From contig OZ059898.1 of NCBI GenBank assembly GCA_964057225.1, positions 19,034,001-19,098,000 on the forward strand: a stretch of 64,000 nt of DNA, written 5' to 3'. Both the position numbers and the translations under genes were made by a program. The first letter of the stretch is position 1; each line of letters opens with the position of its first letter. This document shows positions 1 to 12,400 of the stretch, in pieces. The notes under the pieces are model-generated. The model saw only the letters and a program-made list of their open reading frames with translations, was not told the DNA's origin and did not search any database. Origin of the DNA: Auanema rhodensis (Eukaryota > Animalia > Nematoda).

Positions 1-405
1 AACTAATTTTTGTATTAAGCGTTTCTCAAAGTAGTATAGTGCATTCGATGCGGATTTTTAAGCTGCGTCGATCTGTGTTATCAGATTTGCGCTAGCTTAA
101 AAAATGCACCGAGATATCAACTGATATAAGTTTACACTTATATCCTCGATTTTCACCCTGAAGAACTAATTTTTTCGTTGAAAAACATTGTCCATCGTGT
201 TTGCCTTGAAAAAAGGAATCTAAAAACATCTACTTTTTGCTAAATCATTTTGAAATTTTTCGAAAAAATTTTTGTCAAAATGTTTTTGGAAGCAATGTTG
301 AGTGTACATGGAAACTCAACATACACTAATGCATCATTTTTCAAACGATCATAACTAATTTTTGTATTAAGCGTTTCTCAATGTAGTATAGTGCATTCGA
401 TGCGG

Positions 406-456
406 ATTTTTAAGCTGCGTCGATCTGTGTTATCAGATTTGCGCTAGCTTAAAAAT
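406..456. repeat. Dyad 1 of the monomer: 51-bp imperfect inverted repeat (present in each copy)
   Basis: atttttaagct (406-416) is the exact reverse complement of agcttaaaaat (446-456). The inner pairs gcg/cgc and atctg/cagat close a 6-nt tgttat loop. Confidence 0.92.
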
Positions 457-473
457 GCACCGAGATATCAACT

Positions 474-495
474 GATATAAGTTCACACTTATATC
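474..495. repeat. Dyad 2 of the monomer: perfect 9-bp inverted repeat with 4-nt loop
   Basis: gatataagt-tcac-acttatatc. It overlaps a smaller dyad atatca-ac-tgatat and is flanked by cgag (461-464) and ctcg (496-499). Confidence 0.92.
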
Positions 496-604
496 CTCGA
501 TTTTCACCCTGAAGAATTAATTTTTTTGTTGAATAACATTGTCCATCGTCTTTGCCTTGAAAATAGGAATCTAAAAACATCTACTTTTTGCTAAATTATT
601 TTGA

Positions 605-621
605 AATTTTTTGAAAAAATT
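605..621. repeat. Dyad 3 of the monomer: A/T-tract palindrome
   Basis: aatttttt-g-aaaaaatt. In the ttttcgaaaa allele it becomes the perfect palindrome tttttcgaaaaa. Low complexity. Confidence 0.7.
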
Positions 622-645
622 TTTGTCAAAATGTTTTTGGAAGCA

Positions 646-673
646 ATGTTGAGTGTACATGGAAACTCAACAT
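646..673. repeat. Dyad 4 of the monomer: perfect 9-bp inverted repeat with 10-nt spacer
   Basis: atgttgagt-gtacatggaa-actcaacat, with an overlapping alternative pairing agtgta/tacact. Confidence 0.92.
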
Positions 674-703
674 ACACTAATGCATCATTTTTCAAACGAT
701 CAT

Positions 704-1054
704 AACTAATTTTTGTATTAAGCGTTTCTCAAAGTAGTATAGTGCATTCGATGCGGATTTTTAAGCTGCGTCGATCTGTGTTATCAGATTTGCGCTAGCT
801 TAAAAATGCACCGAGATATCAACTGATATAAGTTCACACTTATATCCTCGATTTTCACCCTGAAGAATTAATTTTTTTGTTGAATAACATTGTCCATCGT
901 CTTTGCCTTGAAAAAAGGAATCTAAAAACATCTACTTTTTGCTAAATTATTTTGAAATTTTTTGAAAAAATTTTTGTCAAAATGTTTTTGGAAGCAATGT
1001 TGAGTGTACATGGAAACTCAACATACACTAATGCATCATTTTTCAAACGATCAT
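704..1054. repeat. Representative consensus-like 351-bp monomer (108 G+C, ~31% GC, 10 CpG)
   Basis: Interval between successive aactaatttttgta starts (704 and 1055). Bases counted by hand. The monomer phase is arbitrary and was chosen from the window start. Confidence 0.97.
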
Positions 1055-4000
1055 AACTAATTTTTGTATGAAGCGTTTCTCAAAGTAGTATAGTGCATTC
1101 GATGCGGATTTTTAAGCTGCGTCGATCTGTGTTATCAGATTTGCGCTAGCTTAAAAATGCACCGAGATATCAACTGATATAAGTTCACACTTATATCCTC
1201 GATTTTCACCCTGAAGAATTAATTTTTTCGTTGAATAACATTGTCCATCGTCTTTGCCTTGAAAAAAGGAATCTAAAAACATCTTCTTTTTGCTAAATCA
1301 TTTTGAAATTTTTCGAAAAAATTTTTGTCAAAATGTTTTTGGAAGCAATGTTGAGTGTACATGGAAACTCAACATACACTAATGCATCATTTTTCAAACG
1401 ATCATAACTAATTTTTGTATTAAGCGTTTCTCAATGTAGTATAGTGCATTCGATGCGGATTTTTAAGCTGCGTCGATCTGTGTTATCAGATTTGCGCTAG
1501 CTTAAAAATGCACCGAGATATCAACTGATATAAGTTCACACTTATATCCTCGATTTTCACCCTGAAGAATTAATTTTTTTGTTGAATAACATTGTCCATC
1601 GTCTTTGCCTTGAAAATAGGAATCTAAAAACATCTACTTTTTGCTAAATTATTTTGAAATTTTTTGAAAAAATTTTTGTCAAAATGTTTTTGGAAGCAAT
1701 GTTGAGTGTACATGGAAACTCAACATACACTAATGCATCATTTTTCAAACGATCATAACTAATTTTTGTATTAAGCGTTTCTCAAAGTAGTATAGTGCAT
1801 TCGATGCGGATTTTTAAGCTGCGTCGATCTGTGTTATCAGATTTGCGCTAGCTTAAAAATGCACCGAGATATCAACTGATATAAGTTCACACTTATATCC
1901 TCGATTTTCACCCTGAAGAATTAATTTTTTTGTTGAATAACATTGTCCATCGTCTTTGCCTTGAAAAAAGGAATCTAAAAACATCTACTTTTTGCTAAAT
2001 TATTTTGAAATTTTTTGAAAAAATTTTTGTCAAAATGTTTTTGGAAGCAATGTTGAGTGTACATGGAAACTCAACATACACTAATGCATCATTTTTCAAA
2101 CGATCATAACTAATTTTTGTATGAAGCGTTTCTCAAAGTAGTATAGTGCATTCGATGCGGATTTTTAAGCTGCGTCGATCTGTGTTATCAGATTTGCGCT
2201 AGCTTAAAAATGCACCGAGATATCAACTGATATAAGTTCACACTTATATCCTCGATTTTCACCCTGAAGAATTAATTTTTTCGTTGAATAACATTGTCCA
2301 TCGTCTTTGCCTTGAAAAAAGGAATCTAAAAACATCTACTTTTTGCTAAATTATTTTGAAATTTTTTGAAAAAATTTTTGTCAAAATGTTTTTGGAAGCA
2401 ATGTTGAGTGTACATGGAAACTCAACATACACTAATGCATCATTTTTCAAACGATCATAACTAATTTTTGTATTAAGCGTTTCTCAAAGTAGTATAGTGC
2501 ATTCGATGCGGATTTTTAAGCTGCGTCGATCTGTGTTATCAGATTTGCGCTAGCTTAAAAATGCACCGAGATATCAACTGATATAAGTTCACACTTATAT
2601 CCTCGATTTTCACCCTGAAGAATTAATTTTTTTGTTGAATAACATTGTCCATCGTCTTTGCCTTGAAAAAAGGAATCTAAAAACATCTACTTTTTGCTAA
2701 ATTATTTTGAAATTTTTTGAAAAAATTTTTGTCAAAATGTTTTTGGAAGCAATGTTGAGTGTACATGGAAACTCAACATACACTAATGCATCATTTTTCA
2801 AACGATCATAACTAATTTTTGTATGAAGCGTTTCTCAAAGTAGTATAGTGCATTCGATGCGGATTTTTAAGCTGCGTCGATCTGTGTTATCAGATTTGCG
2901 CTAGCTTAAAAATGCACCGAGATATCAACTGATATAAGTTCACACTTATATCCTCGATTTTCACCCTGAAGAATTAATTTTTTCGTTGAATAACATTGTC
3001 CATCGTCTTTGCCTTGAAAAAAGGAATCTAAAAACATCTTCTTTTTGCTAAATCATTTTGAAATTTTTCGAAAAAATTTTTGTCAAAATGTTTTTGGAAG
3101 CAATGTTGAGTGTACATGGAAACTCAACATACACTAATGCATCATTTTTCAAACGATCATAACTAATTTTTGTATTAAGCGTTTCTCAATGTAGTATAGT
3201 GCATTCGATGCGGATTTTTAAGCTGCGTCGATCTGTGTTATCAGATTTGCGCTAGCTTAAAAATGCACCGAGATATCAACTGATATAAGTTCACACTTAT
3301 ATCCTCGATTTTCACCCTGAAGAATTAATTTTTTTGTTGAATAACATTGTCCATCGTCTTTGCCTTGAAAATAGGAATCTAAAAACATCTACTTTTTGCT
3401 AAATTATTTTGAAATTTTTTGAAAAAATTTTTGTCAAAATGTTTTTGGAAGCAATGTTGAGTGTACATGGAAACTCAACATACACTAATGCATCATTTTT
3501 CAAACGATCATAACTAATTTTTGTATTAAGCGTTTCTCAAAGTAGTATAGTGCATTCGATGCGGATTTTTAAGCTGCGTCGATCTGTGTTATCAGATTTG
3601 CGCTAGCTTAAAAATGCACCGAGATATCAACTGATATAAGTTCACACTTATATCCTCGATTTTCACCCTGAAGAATTAATTTTTTTGTTGAATAACATTG
3701 TCCATCGTCTTTGCCTTGAAAAAAGGAATCTAAAAACATCTACTTTTTGCTAAATTATTTTGAAATTTTTTGAAAAAATTTTTGTCAAAATGTTTTTGGA
3801 AGCAATGTTGAGTGTACATGGAAACTCAACATACACTAATGCATCATTTTTCAAACGATCATAACTAATTTTTGTATGAAGCGTTTCTCAAAGTAGTATA
3901 GTGCATTCGATGCGGATTTTTAAGCTGCGTCGATCTGTGTTATCAGATTTGCGCTAGCTTAAAAATGCACCGAGATATCAACTGATATAAGTTCACACTT

Positions 4001-6670
4001 ATATCCTCGATTTTCACCCTGAAGAATTAATTTTTTCGTTGAATAACATTGTCCATCGTCTTTGCCTTGAAAAAAGGAATCTAAAAACATCTTCTTTTTG
4101 CTAAATCATTTTGAAATTTTTCGAAAAAATTTTTGTCAAAATGTTTTTGGAAGCAATGTTGAGTGTACATGGAAACTCAACATACACTAATGCATCATTT
4201 TTCAAACGATCATAACTAATTTTTGTATGAAGCGTTTCTCAAAGTAGTATAGTGCATTCGATGCGGATTTTTAAGCTGCGTCGATCTGTGTTATCAGATT
4301 TGCGCTAGCTTAAAAATGCACCGAGATATCAACTGATATAAGTTCACACTTATATCCTCGATTTTCACCCTGAAGAATTAATTTTTTTGTTGAATAACAT
4401 TGTCCATCGTCTTTGCCTTGAAAAAAGGAATCTAAAAACATCTACTTTTTGCTAAATTATTTTGAAATTTTTTGAAAAAATTTTTGTCAAAATGTTTTTG
4501 GAAGCAATGTTGAGTGTACATGGAAACTCAACATACACTAATGCATCATTTTTCAAACGATCATAACTAATTTTTGTATTAAGCGTTTCTCAAAGTAGTA
4601 TAGTGCATTCGATGCAGATTTTTAAGCTGCGTCGATCTGTGTTATCAGATTTGCGCTAGCTGAAAAATGCACCGAGATATCAACTGATATAAGTTTACAC
4701 TTATATCCTCGATTTTCACCCTGAAGAATTAATTTTTTCGTTGAATAACATTGTCCATCGTCTTTGCCTTGAAAAAAGGAATCTAAAAACATCTTCTTTT
4801 TGCTAAATTATTTTGAAATTTTTTGAAAAAATTTTTGTCAAAATGTTTTTGGAAGCAATGTTGAGTGTACATGGAAACTCAACATACACTAATGCATCAT
4901 TTTTCAAACGATCATAACTAATTTTTGTATAAAGCGTTTCTCAATGTAGTATAGTGCATTCGATGCGGATTTTTAAGCTGCGTCGATCTGTGTTATCAGA
5001 TTTGCGCTAGCTTAAAAATGCACCGAGATATCAACTGATATAAGTTCACACTTATATCCTCGATTTTCACCCTGAAGAATTAATTTTTTTGTTGAATAAC
5101 ATTGTCCATCGTCTTTGCCTTGAAAAAAGGAATCTAAAAACATCTACTTTTTGCTAAATTATTTTGAAATTTTTTGAAAAAATTTTTGTCAAAATGTTTT
5201 TGGAAGCAATGTTGAGTGTACATGGAAACTCAACATACACTAATGCATCATTTTTCAAACGATCATAACTAATTTTTGTATTAAGCGTTTCTCAAAGTAG
5301 TATAGTGCATTCGATGCGGATTTTTAAGCTGCGTCGATCTGTGTTATCAGATTTGCGCTAGCTGAAAAATGCACCGAGATATCAACTGATATAAGTTTAC
5401 ACTTATATCCTCGATTTTCACCCTGAAGAATTAATTTTTTCGTTGAATAACATTGTCCATCGTCTTTGCCTTGAAAAAAGGAATCTAAAAACATCTTCTT
5501 TTTGCTAAATTATTTTGAAATTTTTTGAAAAAATTTTTGTCAAAATGTTTTTGGAAGCAATGTTGAGTGTACATGGAAACTCAACATACACTAATGCATC
5601 ATTTTTCAAACGATCATAACTAATTTTTGTATAAAGCGTTTCTCAATGTAGTATAGTGCATTCGATGCGGATTTTTAAGCTGCGTCGATCTGTGTTATCA
5701 GATTTGCGCTAGCTTAAAAATGCACCGAGATATCAACTGATATAAGTTCACACTTATTTCCTCGATTTTCACCCTGAAGAATTAATTTTTTCGTTGAATA
5801 ACATTGTCCATCGTCTTTGCCTTAAAAAAAGGAATCTAAAAACATCTACTTTTTGCTAACTTATTTTGAAATTTTTTGAAAAAATTTTTGTCAAAATGTT
5901 TTTGGAAGCAATGTTGAGTGTACATGGAAACTCAACATACACTAATGCATCATTTTTCAAACGATCATAACTAATTTTTGTATTAAGCGTTTCTCAAAGT
6001 AGTATAGTGCATTCGATGCGGATTTTTAAGCTGCGTCGATCTGTGTTATCAGATTTGCGCTAGCTGAAAAATGCACCGAGATATCAACTGATATAAGTTT
6101 ACACTTATATCCTCGATTTTCACCCTGAAGAATTAATTTTTTCGTTGAATAACATTGTCCATCGTCTTTGCTTTGAAAAAAGGAATCTAAAAACATCTAC
6201 TTTTTGCTAAATTATTTTGAAATTTTTTGAAAAAATTTTTGTCAAAATGTTTTTGGAAGCAATGTTGAGTGTACATGGAAACTCAACATACACTAATGCA
6301 TCATTTTTCAAACGATCATAACTAATTTTTGTATTAAGCGTTTCTCAAAGTAGTATAGTGCATTCGATGCGGATTTTTAAGCTGCGTCGATCTGTGTTAT
6401 CAGATTTGCGCTAGCTGAAAAATGCACCGAGATATCAACTGATATAAGTTTACACTTATATCCTCGATTTTCACCCTGAAGAATTAATTTTTTCGTTGAA
6501 TAACATTGTCCATCGTCTTTGCCTTGAAAAAAGGAATCTAAAAACATCTACTTTTTGCTAAATTATTTTGAAATTTTTTGAAAAAATTCTTGTCAAAATG
6601 TTTTTGGAAGCAATGTTGAGTGTACATGGAAACTCAACATACACTAATGCATCATTTTTCAAACGATCAT

Positions 6671-9478
6671 AACTAATTTTTGTATTAAGCGTTTCTCAAT
6701 GTAGTATAGTGCATTCGATGCGGATTTTTAAGCTGCGTCGATCTGTGTTATCAGATTTGCGCTAGCTTAAAAATGCACCGAGATATCAACTGATATAAGT
6801 TCACACTTATATCCTCGATTTTCACCCTGAAGAATTAATTTTTTCGTTGAATAACATTGTCCATCGTCTTTGCCTTGAAAAAAGGAATCTAAAAACATCT
6901 ACTTTTTGCTAAATTATTTTGAAATTTTTTGAAAAAATTTTTGTCAAAATGTTTTTGGAAGCAATGTTGAGTGTACATGGAAACTCAACATACACTAATG
7001 CATCATTTTTCAAACGATCATAACTAATTTTTGTATTAAGCGTTTCTCAAAGTAGTATAGTGCATTCGATGCGGATTTTTAAGCTGCGTCGATCTGTGTT
7101 ATCAGATTTGCGCTAGCTGAAAAATGCACCGAGATATCAACTGATATAAGTTCACACTTATATCCTCGATTTTCACCCTGAAGAATTAATTTTTTTGTTG
7201 AATAACATTGTCCATCGTCTTTGCCTTGAAAAAAGGAATCTAAAAACATCTACTTTTTGCTAAATTATTTTGAAATTTTTTGAAAAAATTTTTGTCAAAA
7301 TGTTTTTGGAAGCAATGTTGAGTGTACATGGAAACTCAACATACACTAATGCATCATTTTTCAAACGATCATAACTAATTTTTGTATTAAGCGTTTCTCA
7401 AAGTAGTATAGTGCATTCGATGCGGATTTTTAAGCTGCGTCGATCTGTGTTATCAGATTTGCGCTAGCTGAAAAATGCACCGAGATATCAACTGATATAA
7501 GTTTACACTTATATCCTCGATTTTCACCCTGAAGAATTAATTTTTTCGTTGAATAACATTGTCCATCGTCTTTGCCTTGAAAATAGGAATCTAAAAACAT
7601 CTACTTTTTGCTAAATTATTTTGAAATTTTTTGAAAAAATTTTTGTCAAAATGTTTTTGGAAGCAATGTTGAGTGTACATGGAAACTCAACATACACTAA
7701 TGCATCATTTTTCAAACGATCATAACTAATTTTTGTATTAAGCGTTTTTCAAAGTAGTATAGTGCATTCGATGCGGATTTTTAAGCTGCGTCGATCTGTG
7801 TTATCAGATTTGCGCTAGCTTAAAAATGCACCGAGATATCAACTGATATAAGTTTACACTTATTTCCTCGATTTTCACCCTGAAGAATTAATTTTTTCGT
7901 TGAATAACATCGTCCATCGTCTTTGCCTTGAAAAAAGGAATCTAAAAACATCTACTTTTTGCTAAATTATTTTGAAATTTTTTGAAAAAATTTTTGTCAA
8001 AATGTTTTTGGAAGCAATGTTGAGTGTACATGGAAACTCAACATACACTAATGCATCATTTTTCAAACGATCATAACTAATTTTTGTATTAAGCGTTTCT
8101 CAATGTAGTATAGTGCATTCGATGCGGATTTTTAAGCTGCGTCGATCTGTGTTATCAGATTTGCGCTAGCTTAAAAATGCACCGAGATATCAACTGATAT
8201 AAGTTCACACTTATATCCTCGATTTTCACCCTGAAGAATTAATTTTTTCGTTGAATAACATTGTCCATCGTCTTTGCCTTGAAAAAAGGAATCTAAAAAC
8301 ATCTACTTTTTGCTAAATTATTTTGAAATTTTTTGAAAAAATTTTTGTCAAAATGTTTTTGGAAGCAATGTTGAGTGTACATGGAAACTCAACATACACT
8401 AATGCATCATTTTTCAAACGATCATAACTAATTTTTGTATTAAGCGTTTCTCAAAGTAGTATAGTGCATTCGATGCGGATTTTTAAGCTGCGTCGATCTG
8501 TGTTATCAGATTTGCGCTAGCTGAAAAATGCACCGAGATATCAACTGATATAAGTTCACACTTATATCCTCGATTTTCACCCTGAAGAATTAATTTTTTT
8601 GTTGAATAACATTGTCCATCGTCTTTGCCTTGAAAAAAGGAATCTAAAAACATCTACTTTTTGCTAAATTATTTTGAAATTTTTTGAAAAAATTTTTGTC
8701 AAAATGTTTTTGGAAGCAATGTTGAGTGTACATGGAAACTCAACATACACTAATGCATCATTTTTCAAACGATCATAACTAATTTTTGTATTAAGCGTTT
8801 CTCAAAGTAGTATAGTGCATTCGATGCGGATTTTTAAGCTGCGTCGATCTGTGTTATCAGATTTGCGCTAGCTGAAAAATGCACCGAGATATCAACTGAT
8901 ATAAGTTTACACTTATATCCTCGATTTTCACCCTGAAGAATTAATTTTTTCGTTGAATAACATTGTCCATCGTCTTTGCCTTGAAAATAGGAATCTAAAA
9001 ACATCTACTTTTTGCTAAATTATTTTGAAATTTTTTGAAAAAATTTTTGTCAAAATGTTTTTGGAAGCAATGTTGAGTGTACATGGAAACTCAACATACA
9101 CTAATGCATCATTTTTCAAACGATCATAACTAATTTTTGTATTAAGCGTTTTTCAAAGTAGTATAGTGCATTCGATGCGGATTTTTAAGCTGCGTCGATC
9201 TGTGTTATCAGATTTGCGCTAGCTTAAAAATGCACCGAGATATCAACTGATATAAGTTTACACTTATTTCCTCGATTTTCACCCTGAAGAATTAATTTTT
9301 TCGTTGAATAACATCGTCCATCGTCTTTGCCTTGAAAAAAGGAATCTAAAAACATCTACTTTTTGCTAAATTATTTTGAAATTTTTTGAAAAAATTTTTG
9401 TCAAAATGTTTTTGGAAGCAATGTTGAGTGTACATGGAAACTCAACATACACTAATGCATCATTTTTCAAACGATCAT
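6671..9478. repeat. Tandem duplication of a 4-monomer block (1404 bp)
   Basis: gaaaaTagg at 7584/8988 and aacatCgtcc at 7911/9315, both offset by 1404 bp. Confidence 0.88.
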
Positions 9479-12400
9479 AACTAATTTTTGTATGAAGCGT
9501 TTCTCAAAGTAGTATAGTGCATTCGATGCGGATTTTTAAGCTGCGTCGATCTGTGTTATCAGATTTGCGCTAGCTTAAAAATGCACCGAGATATCAACTG
9601 ATATAAGTTCACACTTATATCCTCGATTTTCACCCTGAAGAATTAATTTTTTCGTTGAATAACATTGTCCATCGTCTTTGCCTTGAAAAAAGGAATCTAA
9701 AAACATCTACTTTTTGCTAACTTATTTTGAAATTTTTTGAAAAAATTTTTGTCAAAATGTTTTTGGAAGCAATGTTGAGTGTACATGGAAACTCAACATA
9801 CACTAATGCATCATTTTTCAAACGATCATAACTAATTTTTGTATTAAGCGTTTCTCAAAGTAGTATAGTGCATTCGATGCGGATTTTTAAGCTGCGTCGA
9901 TCTGTGTTATCAGATTTGCGCTAGCTGAAAAATGCACCGAGATATCAACTGATATAAGTTTACACTTATATCCTCGATTTTCACCCTGAAGAATTAATTT
10001 TTTCGTTGAATAACATTGTCCATCGTCTTTGCCTTGAAAAAAGGAATCTAAAAACATCTACTTTTTGCTAAATTATTTTGAAATTTTTTGAAAAAATTTT
10101 TGTCAAAATGTTTTTGGAAGCAATGTTGAGTGTACATGGAAACTCAACATACACTAATGCATCATTTTTCAAACGATCATAACTAATTTTTGTATTAAGC
10201 GTTTCTCAATGTAGTATAGTGCATTCGATGCGGATTTTTAAGCTGCGTCGATCTGTGTTATCAGATTTGCGCTAGCTTAAAAATGCACCGAGATATCAAC
10301 TGATATAAGTTCACACTTATATCCTCGATTTTCACCCTGAAGAATTAATTTTTTCGTTGAATAACATTGTCCATCGTCTTTGCCTTGAAAAAAGGAATCT
10401 AAAAACATCTACTTTTTGCTAAATTATTTTGAAATTTTTTGAAAAAATTTTTGTCAAAATGTTTTTGGAAGCAATGTTGAGTGTACATGGAAACTCAACA
10501 TACACTAATGCATCATTTTTCAAACGATCATAACTAATTTTTGTATTAAGCGTTTCTCAAAGTAGTATAGTGCATTCGATGCGGATTTTTAAGCTGCGTC
10601 GATCTGTGTTATCAGATTTGCGCTAGCTGAAAAATGCACCGAGATATCAACTGATATAAGTTTACACTTATATCCTCGATTTTCACCCTGAAGAATTAAT
10701 TTTTTCGTTGAATAACATTGTCCATCGTCTTTGCCTTGAAAAAAGGAATCTAAAAACATCTACTTTTTGCTAAATTATTTTGAAATTTTTTGAAAAAATT
10801 TTTGTCAAAATGTTTTTGGAAGCAATGTTGAGTGTACATGGAAACTCAACATACACTAATGCATCATTTTTCAAACGATCATAACTAATTTTTGTATTAA
10901 GCGTTTCTCAATGTAGTATAGTGCATTCGATGCGGATTTTTAAGCTGCGTCGATCTGTGTTATCAGATTTGCGCTAGCTTAAAAATGCACCGAGATATCA
11001 ACTGATATAAGTTCACACTTATATCCTCGATTTTCACCCTGAAGAATTAATTTTTTCGTTGAATAACATTGTCCATCGTCTTTGCCTTGAAAAAAGGAAT
11101 CTAAAAACATCTACTTTTTGCTAAATTATTTTGAAATTTTTTGAAAAAATTTTTGTCAAAATGTTTTTGGAAGCAATGTTGAGTGTACATGGAAACTCAA
11201 CATACACTAATGCATCATTTTTCAAACGATCATAACTAATTTTTGTATTAAGCGTTTCTCAAAGTAGTATAGTGCATTCGATGCGGATTTTTAAGCTGCG
11301 TCGATCTGTGTTATCAGATTTGCGCTAGCTAAAAAATGCACCGAGATATCAACTGATATAAGTTCACACTTATATCCTCGATTTTCACCCTGAAGAATTA
11401 ATTTTTTTGTTGAATAACATTGTCCATCGTCTTTGCCTTGAAAAAAGGAATCTAAAAACATCTACTTTTTGCTAAATTATTTTGAAATTTTTTGAAAAAA
11501 TTTTTGTCAAAATGTTTTTGGAAGCAATGTTGAGTGTACATGGAAACTCAACATACACTAATGCATCATTTTTCAAACGATCATAACTAATTTTTGTATT
11601 AAGCGTTTCTCAAAGTAGTATAGTGCATTCGATGCGGATTTTTAAGCTGCGTCGATCTGTGTTATCAGATTTGCGCTAGCTGAAAAATGCACCGAGATAT
11701 CAACTGATATAAGTTTACACTTATATCCTCGATTTTCACCCTGAAGAATTAATTTTTTCGTTGAATAACATTGTCCATCGTTTTTGCCTTGAAAAAAGGA
11801 ATCTAAAAACATCTTCTTTTTGCTAAATTATTTTGAAATTTTTTGAAAAAATTTTTGTCAAAATGTTTTTGGAAGCAATGTTGAGTGTACATGGAAACTC
11901 AACATACACTAATGCATCATTTTTCAAACGATCATAACTAATTTTTGTATAAAGCGTTTTTCAATGTAGTATAGTGCATTCGATGCGGATTTTTAAGCTG
12001 CGTCGATCTGTGTTATCAGATTTGCGCTAGCTTAAAAATGCACCGAGATATCAACTGATATAAGTTCACACTTATATCCTCGATTTTCACCCTGAAGAAT
12101 TAATTTTTTTGTTGAATAACATTGTCCATCGTCTTTGCCTTGAAAAAAGGAATCTAAAAACATCTACTTTTTGCTAAATTATTTTGAAATTTTTTGAAAA
12201 AATTTTTGTCAAAATGTTTTTGGAAGCAATGTTGAGTGTACATGGAAACTCAACATACACTAATGCATCATTTTTCAAACGATCATAACTAATTTTTGTA
12301 TAAAGCGTTTCTCAATGTAGTATAGTGCATTCGATGCGGATTTTTAAGCTGCATCGATCTGTGTTATCAGATTTGCGCTAGCTTAAAAATGCACCGAGAT

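Larger units (their letters stand above)
353..4213. repeat. Local ~3-monomer higher-order repeat (imperfect)
   Basis: The marker gaaaaTagg occurs at 564, 1617 (+3x351) and 3372 (+5x351). Each is followed two monomers later by a tatGaag monomer. Confidence 0.75.

Noticed and set aside
1-352. Monomer as an ancient dimer of ~175-bp halves (aactaattttt at 1 and 164)
   Set aside because: The similarity is limited to one low-complexity word at a 163-bp offset and does not extend. A self dot-plot would be needed, and I see no support by eye.
357-365. Sm-site-like aatttttg suggesting a tandem snRNA or spliced-leader RNA gene array
   Set aside because: The motif is expected by chance in T-run-rich DNA, and I recognise no U snRNA, SL exon or 5S rRNA sequence in the monomer.
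384-403. Pol III A-box-like tagtatagtgc followed by B-box-like attcgatgc (tRNA/SINE origin)
   Set aside because: Each motif has a mismatch at a conserved G and they abut with no spacing, whereas functional boxes are tens of bp apart. No cloverleaf can be drawn, and T-runs would terminate Pol III almost immediately.
406-456. Rho-independent terminators or MITE terminal inverted repeats
   Set aside because: There are no genes to terminate and no GC-rich stem followed by a U-tail. The inverted repeats are internal and closely spaced, with no target-site duplications or element ends.
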